From contig PLYN01000045.1 in the NCBI GenBank assembly GCA_003151815.1, positions 126,511 to 190,510 of the forward strand: 64,000 bases of DNA, written 5' to 3'. The position numbers and the translations under genes were made by a program. Numbering within the stretch: the first letter of the stretch is position 1; the number at the start of each line of letters is the position of its first letter. The notes beneath the pieces are model-generated. The model searched no databases and was not told the DNA's origin. It saw nothing but the letters and a program-made list of their open reading frames with translations. Origin of the DNA: Bacteroidota bacterium. GTDB lineage: Bacteria; Bacteroidota; Bacteroidia; 2-12-FULL-35-15. Positions 18,739 through 30,293 of this stretch are shown in pieces.

Positions 18739-19722
18739 TTAAATCTTTGACAGGGCTGATTTCAAATGATTGATAACATTAACTTCTACAGCATCAACTC
18801 CTCTAAATTCTGCTAACAAAACAGAAATCCAATCACCTAAATGAATAAAATAAATTGCTTTTTCAATTGCAGAAATTCCTTTGGAATATATTTCAGTAAT
18901 GTTGAAAGCATATTTTTTGATTATTTCTTTATTTATTTCAACACGAGCCATGTTGCGGGAATATTCATCTTTATCAAGGAAAATTAAAACAGAAAGATTG
19001 TCATTTTTTTGAGTCCATCCAACCAATTCATTATGATTCATTTCCGGAATGATATGATGCCAGCAAAGTATTTTGGCATTTTCATTTAACTGTTGACGGA
19101 AACGAATTGCAATTCCCTCATTATAGGTTGTTGCATAGATAACCGGAGTTTTATCTTTCAACTTTTTAGCAATATTTTTTGCTTCTGTAATAATATTGTT
19201 TTCTTCCTGGTCAATTAATTTTATTGCTGCTTCAAGTTCTGCTTTAAAATCATTGGTAATAATTTTATGAAAATCAAGTATAAAAAATAGTTGAGTCAGC
19301 GAATAGCCTAAGCATGAACGGGGAGGCATTCCTCCGGGAATCATTATGCAATCATATCCATTTGATTTGGCTAATTCCTGAACTTTTCCACCTGAGGTAA
19401 CACAAACAATTTTTGCTTTTTTTGCAATCGCCAACTCCATGCAATTAAGCGTTTCTTCGGTATTGCCTGAATAAGAAGAAATGATGACCAACGTATTTTC
19501 ATTCACAAATGCAGGAATAAAATAGCCTTTACTAACATTTATAGGAACATTTGCGTTTGCAATTACAAGTTCCGAAACAATACTTCCCCCGATACCGGAA
19601 CCACCCAACCCGCAAATTAAAACATTTGAAATCTTTTGCATAGAAGGGCTAAGATTAGCATTGCAGCCAATGTTGATCGCTTCTGTTAATTGCTTTGAAA
19701 AGTTTGATATTAATGTTTTCAT
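18739..19722 (-). CDS. Bifunctional phosphoglucose/phosphomannose isomerase family protein (SIS domains)
   Basis: SIS motif ICGLGGSGIGGS; about 327 aa. Confidence 0.7.
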   Translation of the reverse strand: MKTLISNFSKQLTEAINIGCNANLSPSMQKISNVLICGLGGSGIGGSIVSELVIANANVPINVSKGYFIPAFVNENTLVIISSYSGNTEETLNCMELAIAKKAKIVCVTSGGKVQELAKSNGYDCIMIPGGMPPRSCLGYSLTQLFFILDFHKIITNDFKAELEAAIKLIDQEENNIITEAKNIAKKLKDKTPVIYATTYNEGIAIRFRQQLNENAKILCWHHIIPEMNHNELVGWTQKNDNLSVLIFLDKDEYSRNMARVEINKEIIKKYAFNITEIYSKGISAIEKAIYFIHLGDWISVLLAEFRGVDAVEVNVINHLKSALSKI

Positions 19723-19823
19723 GTTCGTATAAAAATCACTCTTAGTGGGTAAAAATACATATTTTGGTTAAATAATTATAGAAAATCCGATATATTAACC
19801 ATTATTTATTATTACTTTGAACG

Positions 19824-19831
19824 TATATTTG
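19824..19831 (+). promoter_or_regulatory. Candidate -7 box TATATTTG, 21 nt upstream of ATG 19853
   Basis: TAnnTTTG match. Lies inside the TTG-extended ORF (19817), which supports 19853 as the true lysS start. Confidence 0.35.
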
Positions 19832-19852
19832 CCCAAAATTTATAAAAACAAA

Positions 19853-21559
19853 ATGATCATTGAATTAAGCGAACAAGAATTAATAAGAAGAGCAAAATTG
19901 GAAGAGATTACCAAAATGGGAATCGATGCTTATCCTGCGGCTTTGGTTGAAATCAATGCCACAGCAAAAGATATTTTAAAAAATTTCACCCTTGAAAATG
20001 CTGAAGAATATAAAAACATTAGCATTGCAGGACGTATCATGAGCAATCGTGATATGGGAAAGGCATGTTTTGTGAGTTTGCAGGATGCAACGGGTCGTAT
20101 TCAGGTATATATCCGCAGAGACGATATTTGCACAGGAGAAGATAAGAGCACCTTTGATCTATTATTTAAAAAGCATACTGATCTGGGTGATATCATTGGG
20201 ATCAAAGGTTTTGTATTTATCACGAAAGTGGGGGAAATATCAATTCATGCCACTTCTTTTACTATGTTAAGTAAATCATTGCGCCCATTGCCTTCGGTAA
20301 AGCGTGATGATCAGGGAAATGTATTTGATGAAGTAACGGATCCGGAATTTCGTTACCGTCAGCGTTATGTTGATCTGATCGTAAATCCTTCTGTAAAAGA
20401 AACATTTATCAAACGTACCAAAATGGTAAATACCATTCGTGATTTTTATAACGCGAAAGGTTATTTAGAAGTGGATACCCCTGTTTTACAGGCTATCCCT
20501 GGTGGAGCCTCTGCCCGTCCGTTCACCACGCATCACAATACCCTGAACATACCAATGTATTTGCGCATTGCAAATGAATTGTATTTAAAGCGATTGATCG
20601 TTGGAGGTTTTGATGGCGTGTATGAATTTTCCCGCAACTTCCGTAACGAAGGGATGGACAGAACACATAATCCTGAATTTACGGTTATGGAGTTGTATGT
20701 GGCTTATAAAGATTATAATTGGATGATGGATGTTACGGAGGAATTGATCGAAAAAATTGCAATGGATCTGAATGGAACAACCGCAGTGCCGGTAGGAGAT
20801 AAGATCATTGATTTTAAGCGTCCGTTCAAACGTATCACCATGTTTGATTCTATCAAAGAATTTACCGGAATTGATATCAGCGCCATGGATGAAAATCAAT
20901 TGCGTGAGGTCTGTAAACAGTTGCAAATAGAAGTTGCACCCCATTCGGGTAAAGGGAAATTAATTGATGAAATATTTGGAGCAAAATGCGAAGGCAATTA
21001 TATGCAACCTACATTTATTACGGATTACCCTGTGGAGATGAGTCCGCTTACGAAAAAGCACCGCAGCAAACCCGGATTGGTAGAACGTTTTGAGTTGATG
21101 GTGAACGGCAAAGAATTGGCAAACGCTTATTCTGAACTTAACGACCCGATCGATCAACGGGCACGATTTGAAGAACAAATAGAATTAATGGAACGCGGTG
21201 ATGACGAAGCCATGTTCATTGATCATGATTTTTTACGTGCCTTAGAATACGGTATGCCGCCAACATCCGGTATAGGTATTGGTATCGATCGTTTGGCAAT
21301 GATCATGACCAACAATGTATCTATTCAGGATGTTTTATTTTTCCCGCAAATGCGCCCCGAAGAGGTTAAGAAAGTTATTGTTGAAGTAAAAGGTGATGAG
21401 CAAATAGTATTAGAAGAAGTGAAAAAATTAAATCAAGCTACAGTAACTACTATAAACGAAGCAACGGGAATATCTAAAAATCAATTGCAGAAAATATTGA
21501 CTTCTTTGACCGAAAAAAATTTAGTGAAAAGAGAAGGGCCTGTATTTCAGGTAATATAG
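19853..21559 (+). CDS. lysS: Lysine--tRNA ligase (class II) with a C-terminal extension of about 80 aa
   Basis: Class II motifs (FRNEGMDRTHNPEFTVMELY; GIGIGIDRLAMI) and an OB anticodon-binding N-terminus. The track ORF starts at TTG 19817; ATG 19853 is preferred. Confidence 0.9.
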   Translation: MIIELSEQELIRRAKLEEITKMGIDAYPAALVEINATAKDILKNFTLENAEEYKNISIAGRIMSNRDMGKACFVSLQDATGRIQVYIRRDDICTGEDKSTFDLLFKKHTDLGDIIGIKGFVFITKVGEISIHATSFTMLSKSLRPLPSVKRDDQGNVFDEVTDPEFRYRQRYVDLIVNPSVKETFIKRTKMVNTIRDFYNAKGYLEVDTPVLQAIPGGASARPFTTHHNTLNIPMYLRIANELYLKRLIVGGFDGVYEFSRNFRNEGMDRTHNPEFTVMELYVAYKDYNWMMDVTEELIEKIAMDLNGTTAVPVGDKIIDFKRPFKRITMFDSIKEFTGIDISAMDENQLREVCKQLQIEVAPHSGKGKLIDEIFGAKCEGNYMQPTFITDYPVEMSPLTKKHRSKPGLVERFELMVNGKELANAYSELNDPIDQRARFEEQIELMERGDDEAMFIDHDFLRALEYGMPPTSGIGIGIDRLAMIMTNNVSIQDVLFFPQMRPEEVKKVIVEVKGDEQIVLEEVKKLNQATVTTINEATGISKNQLQKILTSLTEKNLVKREGPVFQVI

Positions 21560-21599
21560 TTAGATAATTCAAGTCTGAAAATATAAATTAAAAGATCAT

Positions 21600-23483
21600 T
21601 TGAAAAATAGAATCACTACCGATACGCTATTATTATTTATTATTCTTATTGTCTCCGCCCTTCTTCGTTTTTGGAATTTTCATGAAATCCCTTTCATGCA
21701 TGATGAGTTAAGTGCATTGTCTAGAACAAATTATTCTAATTTTCAGGATGTTCTGACTTATGGTGTCGCCCTGAACGATACACATCCGGCGGGAGTACAA
21801 TTGTTTATTTATTATTGGATCAAAATTTTTGGCATAAGTGAAATGTCTGTCAAACTGCCATTTATTTTATTTGGACTATTCTCTATAATTGTCGCGTATA
21901 AAATTTCAAAAAAATGGTTCAACAGTTCCGTTGGACTTATTGTTGCTTCGTTCATGGCTGTTTTGCAATATATGGTAATGTATAGCCAGATAGCGAGACC
22001 ATACATTAGCGGAATGTTTTTTTCATTGATAATGGTTTGGTGTTGGAGTAATTATCTATTTGATGAAAATAACAAGAGTAAAAAAAGATGGCTGCTTGGT
22101 TATGTCTTATCATCTGCATTGTGTGCTTACGATCATCATTTTGCTTTGTTATTTGCCAGTACTGTTGGAGTTACAGGACTTTTTTTTATTAATGCCGACA
22201 ATTGGAAAGCTTATGTATTTGCCGGAATTTCAATTTTTATTTTATACATTCCTCACCTCAACATTTTCTTTTTTCAATTAAACAAAGGTGGATTAGGAGG
22301 GCCGGACGGTTGGTTAGGAAAACCCCAACACGATTGGTTCTCAGGTTATCTTAAATACCTGTTCCACTATTCTTTTTTGATGTATGCTTTGGTTTTTTTT
22401 CTCTTATTATTTAGCATTTTCTTTCATTCACAGGATTTAAAAACAAAACAAAAATTTAGAATTATATCGGTCTGTTGGTTTTTTTCAGTCTTTTTTATTG
22501 AATATTATTATTCCTTATTTGTTAATCCCATTATTCAATATTCCACTTTGATTTTTGTATTTCCCTTTTTACTAATATTTATTTTTTCTTTGTTCGGTGA
22601 ACTAAATCGGAATGCTAAAATGTTGATTGTTTCATCCATATTAATAACAGGAACATATACATTAATTTTTGTCCGAAAACATTTCCAGATATTTTACAAA
22701 CAGCCCTTTCAGGAGCAAGTAAAAAACACATATAAAAGTTTAGATAGATTAAAAAATAAAAAAGATGCTACTATTGAATTAATGATTCCATCTTATTATA
22801 AAGAATATTATTTTAAAAAATATAACAGACGTTTTGAACTCATTGACTATAACCTTTTTGATACAAAAGCATTTCGAAATTTTGTACAGAAACAAACGAC
22901 AAATTATTTTATAACAGGAAATTTACCCTTGGAATATATTCAAATTATTAAAGAAAAGTATCCTTATATAATAAGCAAAGGGGAAGGATTTACTTACTCA
23001 ACATTCTGTTTTTCAAAAAATAAAAATTTATCACGGCCCTCTGAATATCCTCTATTGGATCGAAAAACTGAGTTCAATTTCGTCATAAAAAAAATAGATA
23101 GCACAACAGAATATAGTCAATCATATCGATTTAAATTAAAAGAGATTATAAACGACAGACATACTATTATTAATATTGGTGCTCGGCTGTTGGTTCCTGA
23201 CAGTTCTTCTAACCCTGTATTGGTAATGAATATAAAAGATAACAACCAACTTATAGACTGGAGAGGATCTGATTATTTTAATTATAATAATAATCCAAAA
23301 ACATTTAATACAATTTTTTTATCTATTGACCTTACCGGCTTTAATTTTAAGGAACATCCGAATGCAGAAGCTGAAATTTATATTTGGAACAGAAATAAAA
23401 AAGAGATTTTGATAGATAATTTTAAAATAGATGCCAACGAAGGCAATCATTTAATCTATTCACTTTATGAACCTATTGACTAA
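21600..23483 (+). CDS. GT-C family integral-membrane glycosyltransferase (ArnT/PMT-like)
   Basis: TTG start. N-terminal TM segment followed by a DE-containing loop (FMHDELSAL), and many TM segments. Confidence 0.65.
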   Translation: MKNRITTDTLLLFIILIVSALLRFWNFHEIPFMHDELSALSRTNYSNFQDVLTYGVALNDTHPAGVQLFIYYWIKIFGISEMSVKLPFILFGLFSIIVAYKISKKWFNSSVGLIVASFMAVLQYMVMYSQIARPYISGMFFSLIMVWCWSNYLFDENNKSKKRWLLGYVLSSALCAYDHHFALLFASTVGVTGLFFINADNWKAYVFAGISIFILYIPHLNIFFFQLNKGGLGGPDGWLGKPQHDWFSGYLKYLFHYSFLMYALVFFLLLFSIFFHSQDLKTKQKFRIISVCWFFSVFFIEYYYSLFVNPIIQYSTLIFVFPFLLIFIFSLFGELNRNAKMLIVSSILITGTYTLIFVRKHFQIFYKQPFQEQVKNTYKSLDRLKNKKDATIELMIPSYYKEYYFKKYNRRFELIDYNLFDTKAFRNFVQKQTTNYFITGNLPLEYIQIIKEKYPYIISKGEGFTYSTFCFSKNKNLSRPSEYPLLDRKTEFNFVIKKIDSTTEYSQSYRFKLKEIINDRHTIINIGARLLVPDSSSNPVLVMNIKDNNQLIDWRGSDYFNYNNNPKTFNTIFLSIDLTGFNFKEHPNAEAEIYIWNRNKKEILIDNFKIDANEGNHLIYSLYEPID

Positions 23484-23500
23484 AATAATTTAAGATTATT

Positions 23501-24868
23501 TTAACTTGTTTTTATATGGTTTTTTTTAAAATAAATTGTTAAAAATAAAAGGGAAGAAATAAATAAAACAAGCCACACCAAGAAAGAAACAACCGGATTT
23601 ACACCTAAAAATAAGGTCAATAAATTATTGGAATTAAATTTACAAGAAATAAAATCAGGGATAATTATTTGAAAAAGAGGATGCTTTATTTCTGTCGGTA
23701 GGCAATAGAGGACAGCCGATTTAGCCATAAATGCGATTGTAATTCCAAATGTTATTACTATCCAAAAGAAGATTTTAGAGAAATTTTGTTTTGACAAAAA
23801 AATGATCCCTTCATAAAATAAAAGCACTGTAATAAAAATAAGTAAGCGAGGGCCATAAGACCAGCCTCCCCACCATCCCAAATAAGATGAGGTTGCAATA
23901 ATAATTGTAAATGAAATAAGAAAAAGATAATTTGAACAAAATTCTAAAACAATTTTTTTAATTGGAAACATTCTGACTCTTTTAATAAAATAAAATAAAA
24001 TAATCAGGAGAAACGGTGCATAAAAAAACAAACCTCTGTAATCACTAAAAATAAGTCCCCACAATGATTCGGCTGTTGGATGAACAAACGCATAGTTTAC
24101 ATGGAGCTCTGGTGATAAATTATGAAATTTATATATCATTGTGAAAGGGGAATTGGTAAAAATATAGTTGTAAATCATAATGAAAACTACAAACGGAAAA
24201 ACGCCAAGAATAAATTTACAAACACTTTTAATGTTGCGCTCATTCCATAAAATCTGAAAAACCCAAATAAAAATTACCAATGCAATAATAAATTCGCATA
24301 AAAAGGCGAGTCCGGCAAATACTCCGGCAATCCAATATTTTTTTTCTTTGAGAAGTATATAGGAGAAAAGAAGAAAAATTGAGGAAGATAAATGATTAAA
24401 AAATGTACCTGAAAAAATAAAAATAAAAGAACCATAAAAAGGCAGCATGGTCAATAAAACAGGTGAATAACTACTATTTTTGTAAATTTTTTTGAACGTA
24501 AGAAACAGGATCAAAACAAATGGAATCATGCTGCATAAAAAAGAACCGATAGCGTAAACATGTCTTCCATAAAGGGAACCATTATGGCTTTTTATTAACC
24601 CGATTAATTTTAATAATCCAAAAAATGGGAACACAATAATAGTTGGCAATGGGGCTTTTTCAGAATAATAATGATTTTTTATTATACTTTTATCGCATGT
24701 AAGTTCATGGTATTTATCTATTTGAAATGTTCCACTTTCAAAATAAGAGATGATGGGTAATATTCTGGAAGTGGTATTTGCATTGTTCCATAAATCGATA
24801 TAAAAAATACTTATGATAAGGTTTAATAAGATAAACAAGAAATAAAATCTTTTCATAGTTTTATTCAA
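23501..24868 (-). CDS. Polytopic membrane protein, possible GT-C-like glycosyltransferase or DUF-family protein
   Basis: About 13 hydrophobic segments. First loop has acidic/aromatic motifs (YFESGTFQIDKYHELTCDKS). Convergent with the ArnT-like gene. Confidence 0.4.
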   Translation of the reverse strand: MNKTMKRFYFLFILLNLIISIFYIDLWNNANTTSRILPIISYFESGTFQIDKYHELTCDKSIIKNHYYSEKAPLPTIIVFPFFGLLKLIGLIKSHNGSLYGRHVYAIGSFLCSMIPFVLILFLTFKKIYKNSSYSPVLLTMLPFYGSFIFIFSGTFFNHLSSSIFLLFSYILLKEKKYWIAGVFAGLAFLCEFIIALVIFIWVFQILWNERNIKSVCKFILGVFPFVVFIMIYNYIFTNSPFTMIYKFHNLSPELHVNYAFVHPTAESLWGLIFSDYRGLFFYAPFLLIILFYFIKRVRMFPIKKIVLEFCSNYLFLISFTIIIATSSYLGWWGGWSYGPRLLIFITVLLFYEGIIFLSKQNFSKIFFWIVITFGITIAFMAKSAVLYCLPTEIKHPLFQIIIPDFISCKFNSNNLLTLFLGVNPVVSFLVWLVLFISSLLFLTIYFKKNHIKTS

Positions 24869-25023
24869 TTTAAAAATACTGCCAATAAAAGTATGGAAAA
24901 AGAATAAGAGTAGTTTTTTTTTGACAAATCAAATAAGAAAATAACTGGTATTTTATTGAAATACAATAAGCATAATAAATAAAAAGCGTATTTTTCGAAT
25001 CTCAAATGCATTAAATTTCAAGA

Positions 25024-26022
25024 ATGACAAATACTAAACAAATTGCAGTAATAGGTGGTGGAAGTTGGGCTACAGCCATTGTAAAAATGCTTTGCAACAA
25101 TTCTGATCAAGTACATTGGTGGATTCGTAATGCAGCATCGGTCGAACATATTAAAAAATACAAACACAATCCGAATTACCTGACTTCTGTTGAATTCGAT
25201 ACGGATAAATTAGTATTGAATACTGATTTAAAAGAAATTATAGCAAAAGCCGATATATTGATAATGGCAGTGCCTTCTGCATTTTTGAAAGATGCCCTTT
25301 CGGAATTAACACCGGAAAATTTTAAAAATAAGCAAGTATTTTCAGCAATTAAAGGAATTGTTCCGGAACACAATTTAATTGTTGGTGAATTTTTTAATAC
25401 TGAATACAAAGTGCCGATGGAAAACATTGGCGTAATCACCGGTCCTTGCCATGCAGAAGAAGTGGCGATGGAAAAATTATCATACCTGACTGTCGCTTCT
25501 CAAAATTATGATAATGCCGTATTCATGGCTTCTCAATTAAAATGCAGATATATTAAAACTACGGTATCGGATGATATTTATGGAACAGAATATTCTGCTG
25601 TATTAAAAAACGTATTTGCTATCGCCAGCGGAATTTGTCATGGTTTAGGCTATGGCGACAACTTTCAGGCTGTTTTGATCTCCAATGCAATACAAGAAAT
25701 AAAACGTTTTGTGGATGATGTTCATCCCATTGATCGTGACATAAAAAGTTCGGCCTACCTTGGAGATTTATTGGTAACAGCCTATTCGCAGTTTAGCCGA
25801 AACCGAACTTTTGGTGGAATGATTGGTAAAGGATATTCCGTAAAATCGGCACAATTAGAAATGAATATGGTTGCTGAAGGTTATTACGGAGTAAAATGCG
25901 TATACGAAATAAATAAAAAATATAAGGTAGATATGCCTATTACGAATGCAGTGTATAACATTTTATATGAAAAAATTTCTCCTGCCATTGAAATGAAATT
26001 GTTAACCGATCAACTGTCGTAA
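25024..26022 (+). CDS. gpsA: NAD(P)H-dependent glycerol-3-phosphate dehydrogenase
   Basis: IAVIGGGSWATAIV Rossmann motif; about 332 aa. Confidence 0.9.
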   Translation: MTNTKQIAVIGGGSWATAIVKMLCNNSDQVHWWIRNAASVEHIKKYKHNPNYLTSVEFDTDKLVLNTDLKEIIAKADILIMAVPSAFLKDALSELTPENFKNKQVFSAIKGIVPEHNLIVGEFFNTEYKVPMENIGVITGPCHAEEVAMEKLSYLTVASQNYDNAVFMASQLKCRYIKTTVSDDIYGTEYSAVLKNVFAIASGICHGLGYGDNFQAVLISNAIQEIKRFVDDVHPIDRDIKSSAYLGDLLVTAYSQFSRNRTFGGMIGKGYSVKSAQLEMNMVAEGYYGVKCVYEINKKYKVDMPITNAVYNILYEKISPAIEMKLLTDQLS

Positions 26023-26195
26023 CAATAATTTTTAGCAAACTATGCATTCCATTTCCATAATCTTATTTTCTTGCAATTGACAGGTTGAAAACATAAAATA
26101 AATAGTAAGTTTACCATTATATAATTAAATTGAATACTGTTTCAGCAAAATTATAATATATCTTTGATGCTTCAAAATCCTTAAAAATTATAAAA

Positions 26196-27071
26196 ATGAA
26201 AAAATCTATTGCGATCCTACTATTTGTTTCTGTATGTTATACAACATCGTTTGCACAATTAACTCCCAAAGGAGATGTTCCTACGTTGGAAGAAATGACA
26301 ATAATTTTCGATAAAATGATGGTTGCCATCAGCAATGTTAAAACTGCAAAATTTCGAATGGTGAAAAATGAGAGATATGATGGGAAAATTGTTCAAAGTG
26401 ACCAATTAGTTAAACAAAATGTTAACCCCTTGAAAATTTACATGAAGATAACTAAAGGTCCGAACAGTGGCGCCGAAGTTCTTTATATACAAGGAGCAAA
26501 CAATGGGAATGCATATGTAAATGCAAGTTCTTTTTTGCCAACTCTTAGTCTTGACCCTAGAGGTTCTCTTGTTAATGAAAAGCAAAGACATACCATGTTT
26601 GAACTTGGATTTGCTTATACCGGCGATTTGATAAACGATGCTTATCATAGATATAAAAACAAAGCAGCCGAATACTCTACTTATGGAGGAATTATTAAAT
26701 GGGATAACCGTGATGTATACAAAATTACCCTTGATAATAAAGAATACAAAATTAAAGATTACACTGTATTAGCCGGTGAAGACCTGGTAAAAATTGCAAG
26801 GAAATTAAAATTGGATGAATATAATATACGTGAGTTAAATCCTTCCATCAGCAGCTATACTTCTGTAAAGGCCGGTCAGGTTATTAAAATACCGGAAACG
26901 TTCACGAAGTCTGTTATAATGTATGTTGATACAAAAACATTCCTGCCTATATATCAAAAAATGACAGACCTGAAAGGTGTTGTTGGTGAATATGAATATC
27001 ATGATGTTATTATCAACTCTGGTATTACTGAAGAAGAATTTACAAAAGCCTATAAAGGATATTCGTTTTAA
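26196..27071 (+). CDS. Secreted protein with a C-terminal LysM domain
   Basis: Signal peptide; LysM-like block DYTVLAGEDLVKIARKLKLDEYNIRELNP...VKAGQVIKIP. Confidence 0.6.
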   Translation: MKKSIAILLFVSVCYTTSFAQLTPKGDVPTLEEMTIIFDKMMVAISNVKTAKFRMVKNERYDGKIVQSDQLVKQNVNPLKIYMKITKGPNSGAEVLYIQGANNGNAYVNASSFLPTLSLDPRGSLVNEKQRHTMFELGFAYTGDLINDAYHRYKNKAAEYSTYGGIIKWDNRDVYKITLDNKEYKIKDYTVLAGEDLVKIARKLKLDEYNIRELNPSISSYTSVKAGQVIKIPETFTKSVIMYVDTKTFLPIYQKMTDLKGVVGEYEYHDVIINSGITEEEFTKAYKGYSF

Positions 27072-27076
27072 TTTAA

Positions 27077-27107
27077 TTCACCGCAGTCAAGGCTGCGGTG
27101 AATTTTC
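27077..27107 (+). terminator. Rho-independent terminator after the LysM gene
   Basis: tcaccgcag-tcaagg-ctgcggtga followed by a T-rich tract. Confidence 0.6.
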
Positions 27108-27131
27108 AATCTGTGAACCTTTGGAATTTTT

Positions 27132-27180
27132 AAGCGAAATTAAAAACTGAGTACTATCAGATTTTAATTTCGCTTTTTTT
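27132..27180 (+). terminator. Second hairpin plus T-run (tandem terminator)
   Basis: agcgaaattaaaa...ttttaatttcgct followed by ttttttt. Confidence 0.5.
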
Positions 27181-27200
27181 CTTGTTTTATTTTTATTCAA

Positions 27201-29234
<2,034 letters not shown>

Positions 29235-29247
29235 TTATATTAAGAGC

Positions 29248-29373
29248 CTCACCCCCAACCCCTCTCCAAAGGAGAGGGGAGACTATGTGTGAAGCGCTAT
29301 GTGGTTTTTTTATTTTTAATTTCGTACTTCAAGTATTGCCCCCTCTCCAATTGGAGAGGGGCTGGGGGTGAGG
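29248..29373. repeat. GC-rich composite palindrome: outer inverted repeat CCTCACCCCCAACCCCTCTCC / GGAGAGGGGCTGGGGGTGAGG, each arm with its own hairpin (CCCCTCTCC-loop-GGAGAGGGG)
   Basis: Read directly at 29248-29279 and 29341-29373. The GGGG(C/T)TGGGGG core recurs at 38386-38400. Confidence 0.6.
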
Positions 29374-29374
29374 T

Positions 29375-30136
29375 CTATTTGCTCTTATTTTCTGCAAATT
29401 TTCGCAAAAACTCTTCGCGGTCAGTAATGCTAACTTCTGTTTTAAATTCATGATCTAATCCTTGTTGTAAGGTATGGGAAGCACCATAATAATAAAATGC
29501 TTTCATCGCTGCTATCGTTTGTGCCGAATTTCCAATTATTTTCTCAGCCACTTGATTCACCGTTTCCTCTAGTTTATCCAATGGAACAGATTTATTAACT
29601 AATCCAATACGCTCAGCTTCCTTGCCGGAAACAGGTTGCGTAGTGAACGACATTTCCATCGCTTTCATCAATCCTACTTTTAATGGCAATCGCTGTGTCA
29701 TCCCCCATTTGGGAGCAATCCCCCATTTGGAATGTGTATCACCAATCTGTGCTTCATCCGCTGCATACGCCAGATCAAAAGCCAACAGAAACTCCGTAGC
29801 TCCGGTATAACAATGCCCGTTAACCATAGCAATCGTTACTTGAGGCATCTTTTGTAATATCTCAATAAATTCCGCACCTTTTTCCATGAAATCAAAATTA
29901 GAAAATTGTCCTCCTTGAATATTTTCATTGATCGCCTTTAAATCTACACCAGCCGACCATGCTCTACCGGCTCCAGTAACAATCACCACTTTTACTGAAT
30001 CGTCTTTTGCAATTTTATTAGTAACATCAATTAATTCCTTTAACATTATAGGGCTAAGTGAATTTAATACTGTTGGTCGGTTGAGTGTAATTTTAGCAAC
30101 TCCATTGGCCGTTGAAAACAAGATTTCTTGATACAT
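29375..30136 (-). CDS. Enoyl-CoA hydratase/isomerase family protein
   Basis: Crotonase-fold motifs (VVIVTGAGRAWSAGVDLK). Confidence 0.8.
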   Translation of the reverse strand: MYQEILFSTANGVAKITLNRPTVLNSLSPIMLKELIDVTNKIAKDDSVKVVIVTGAGRAWSAGVDLKAINENIQGGQFSNFDFMEKGAEFIEILQKMPQVTIAMVNGHCYTGATEFLLAFDLAYAADEAQIGDTHSKWGIAPKWGMTQRLPLKVGLMKAMEMSFTTQPVSGKEAERIGLVNKSVPLDKLEETVNQVAEKIIGNSAQTIAAMKAFYYYGASHTLQQGLDHEFKTEVSITDREEFLRKFAENKSK

Positions 30137-30293
30137 TTTATTGTTGGGTTTATAATTTAAAAATTAAAATAAATCTGTGAACAAATATAAAAATTAAATT
30201 TCATCACTAACTTCTTTTATTTGTTTGGATTTTGCAGATTTGTCCTCCTGAAATTAGAGAATATATTTGTTTTTTATTTAAAAATTAAAATGT

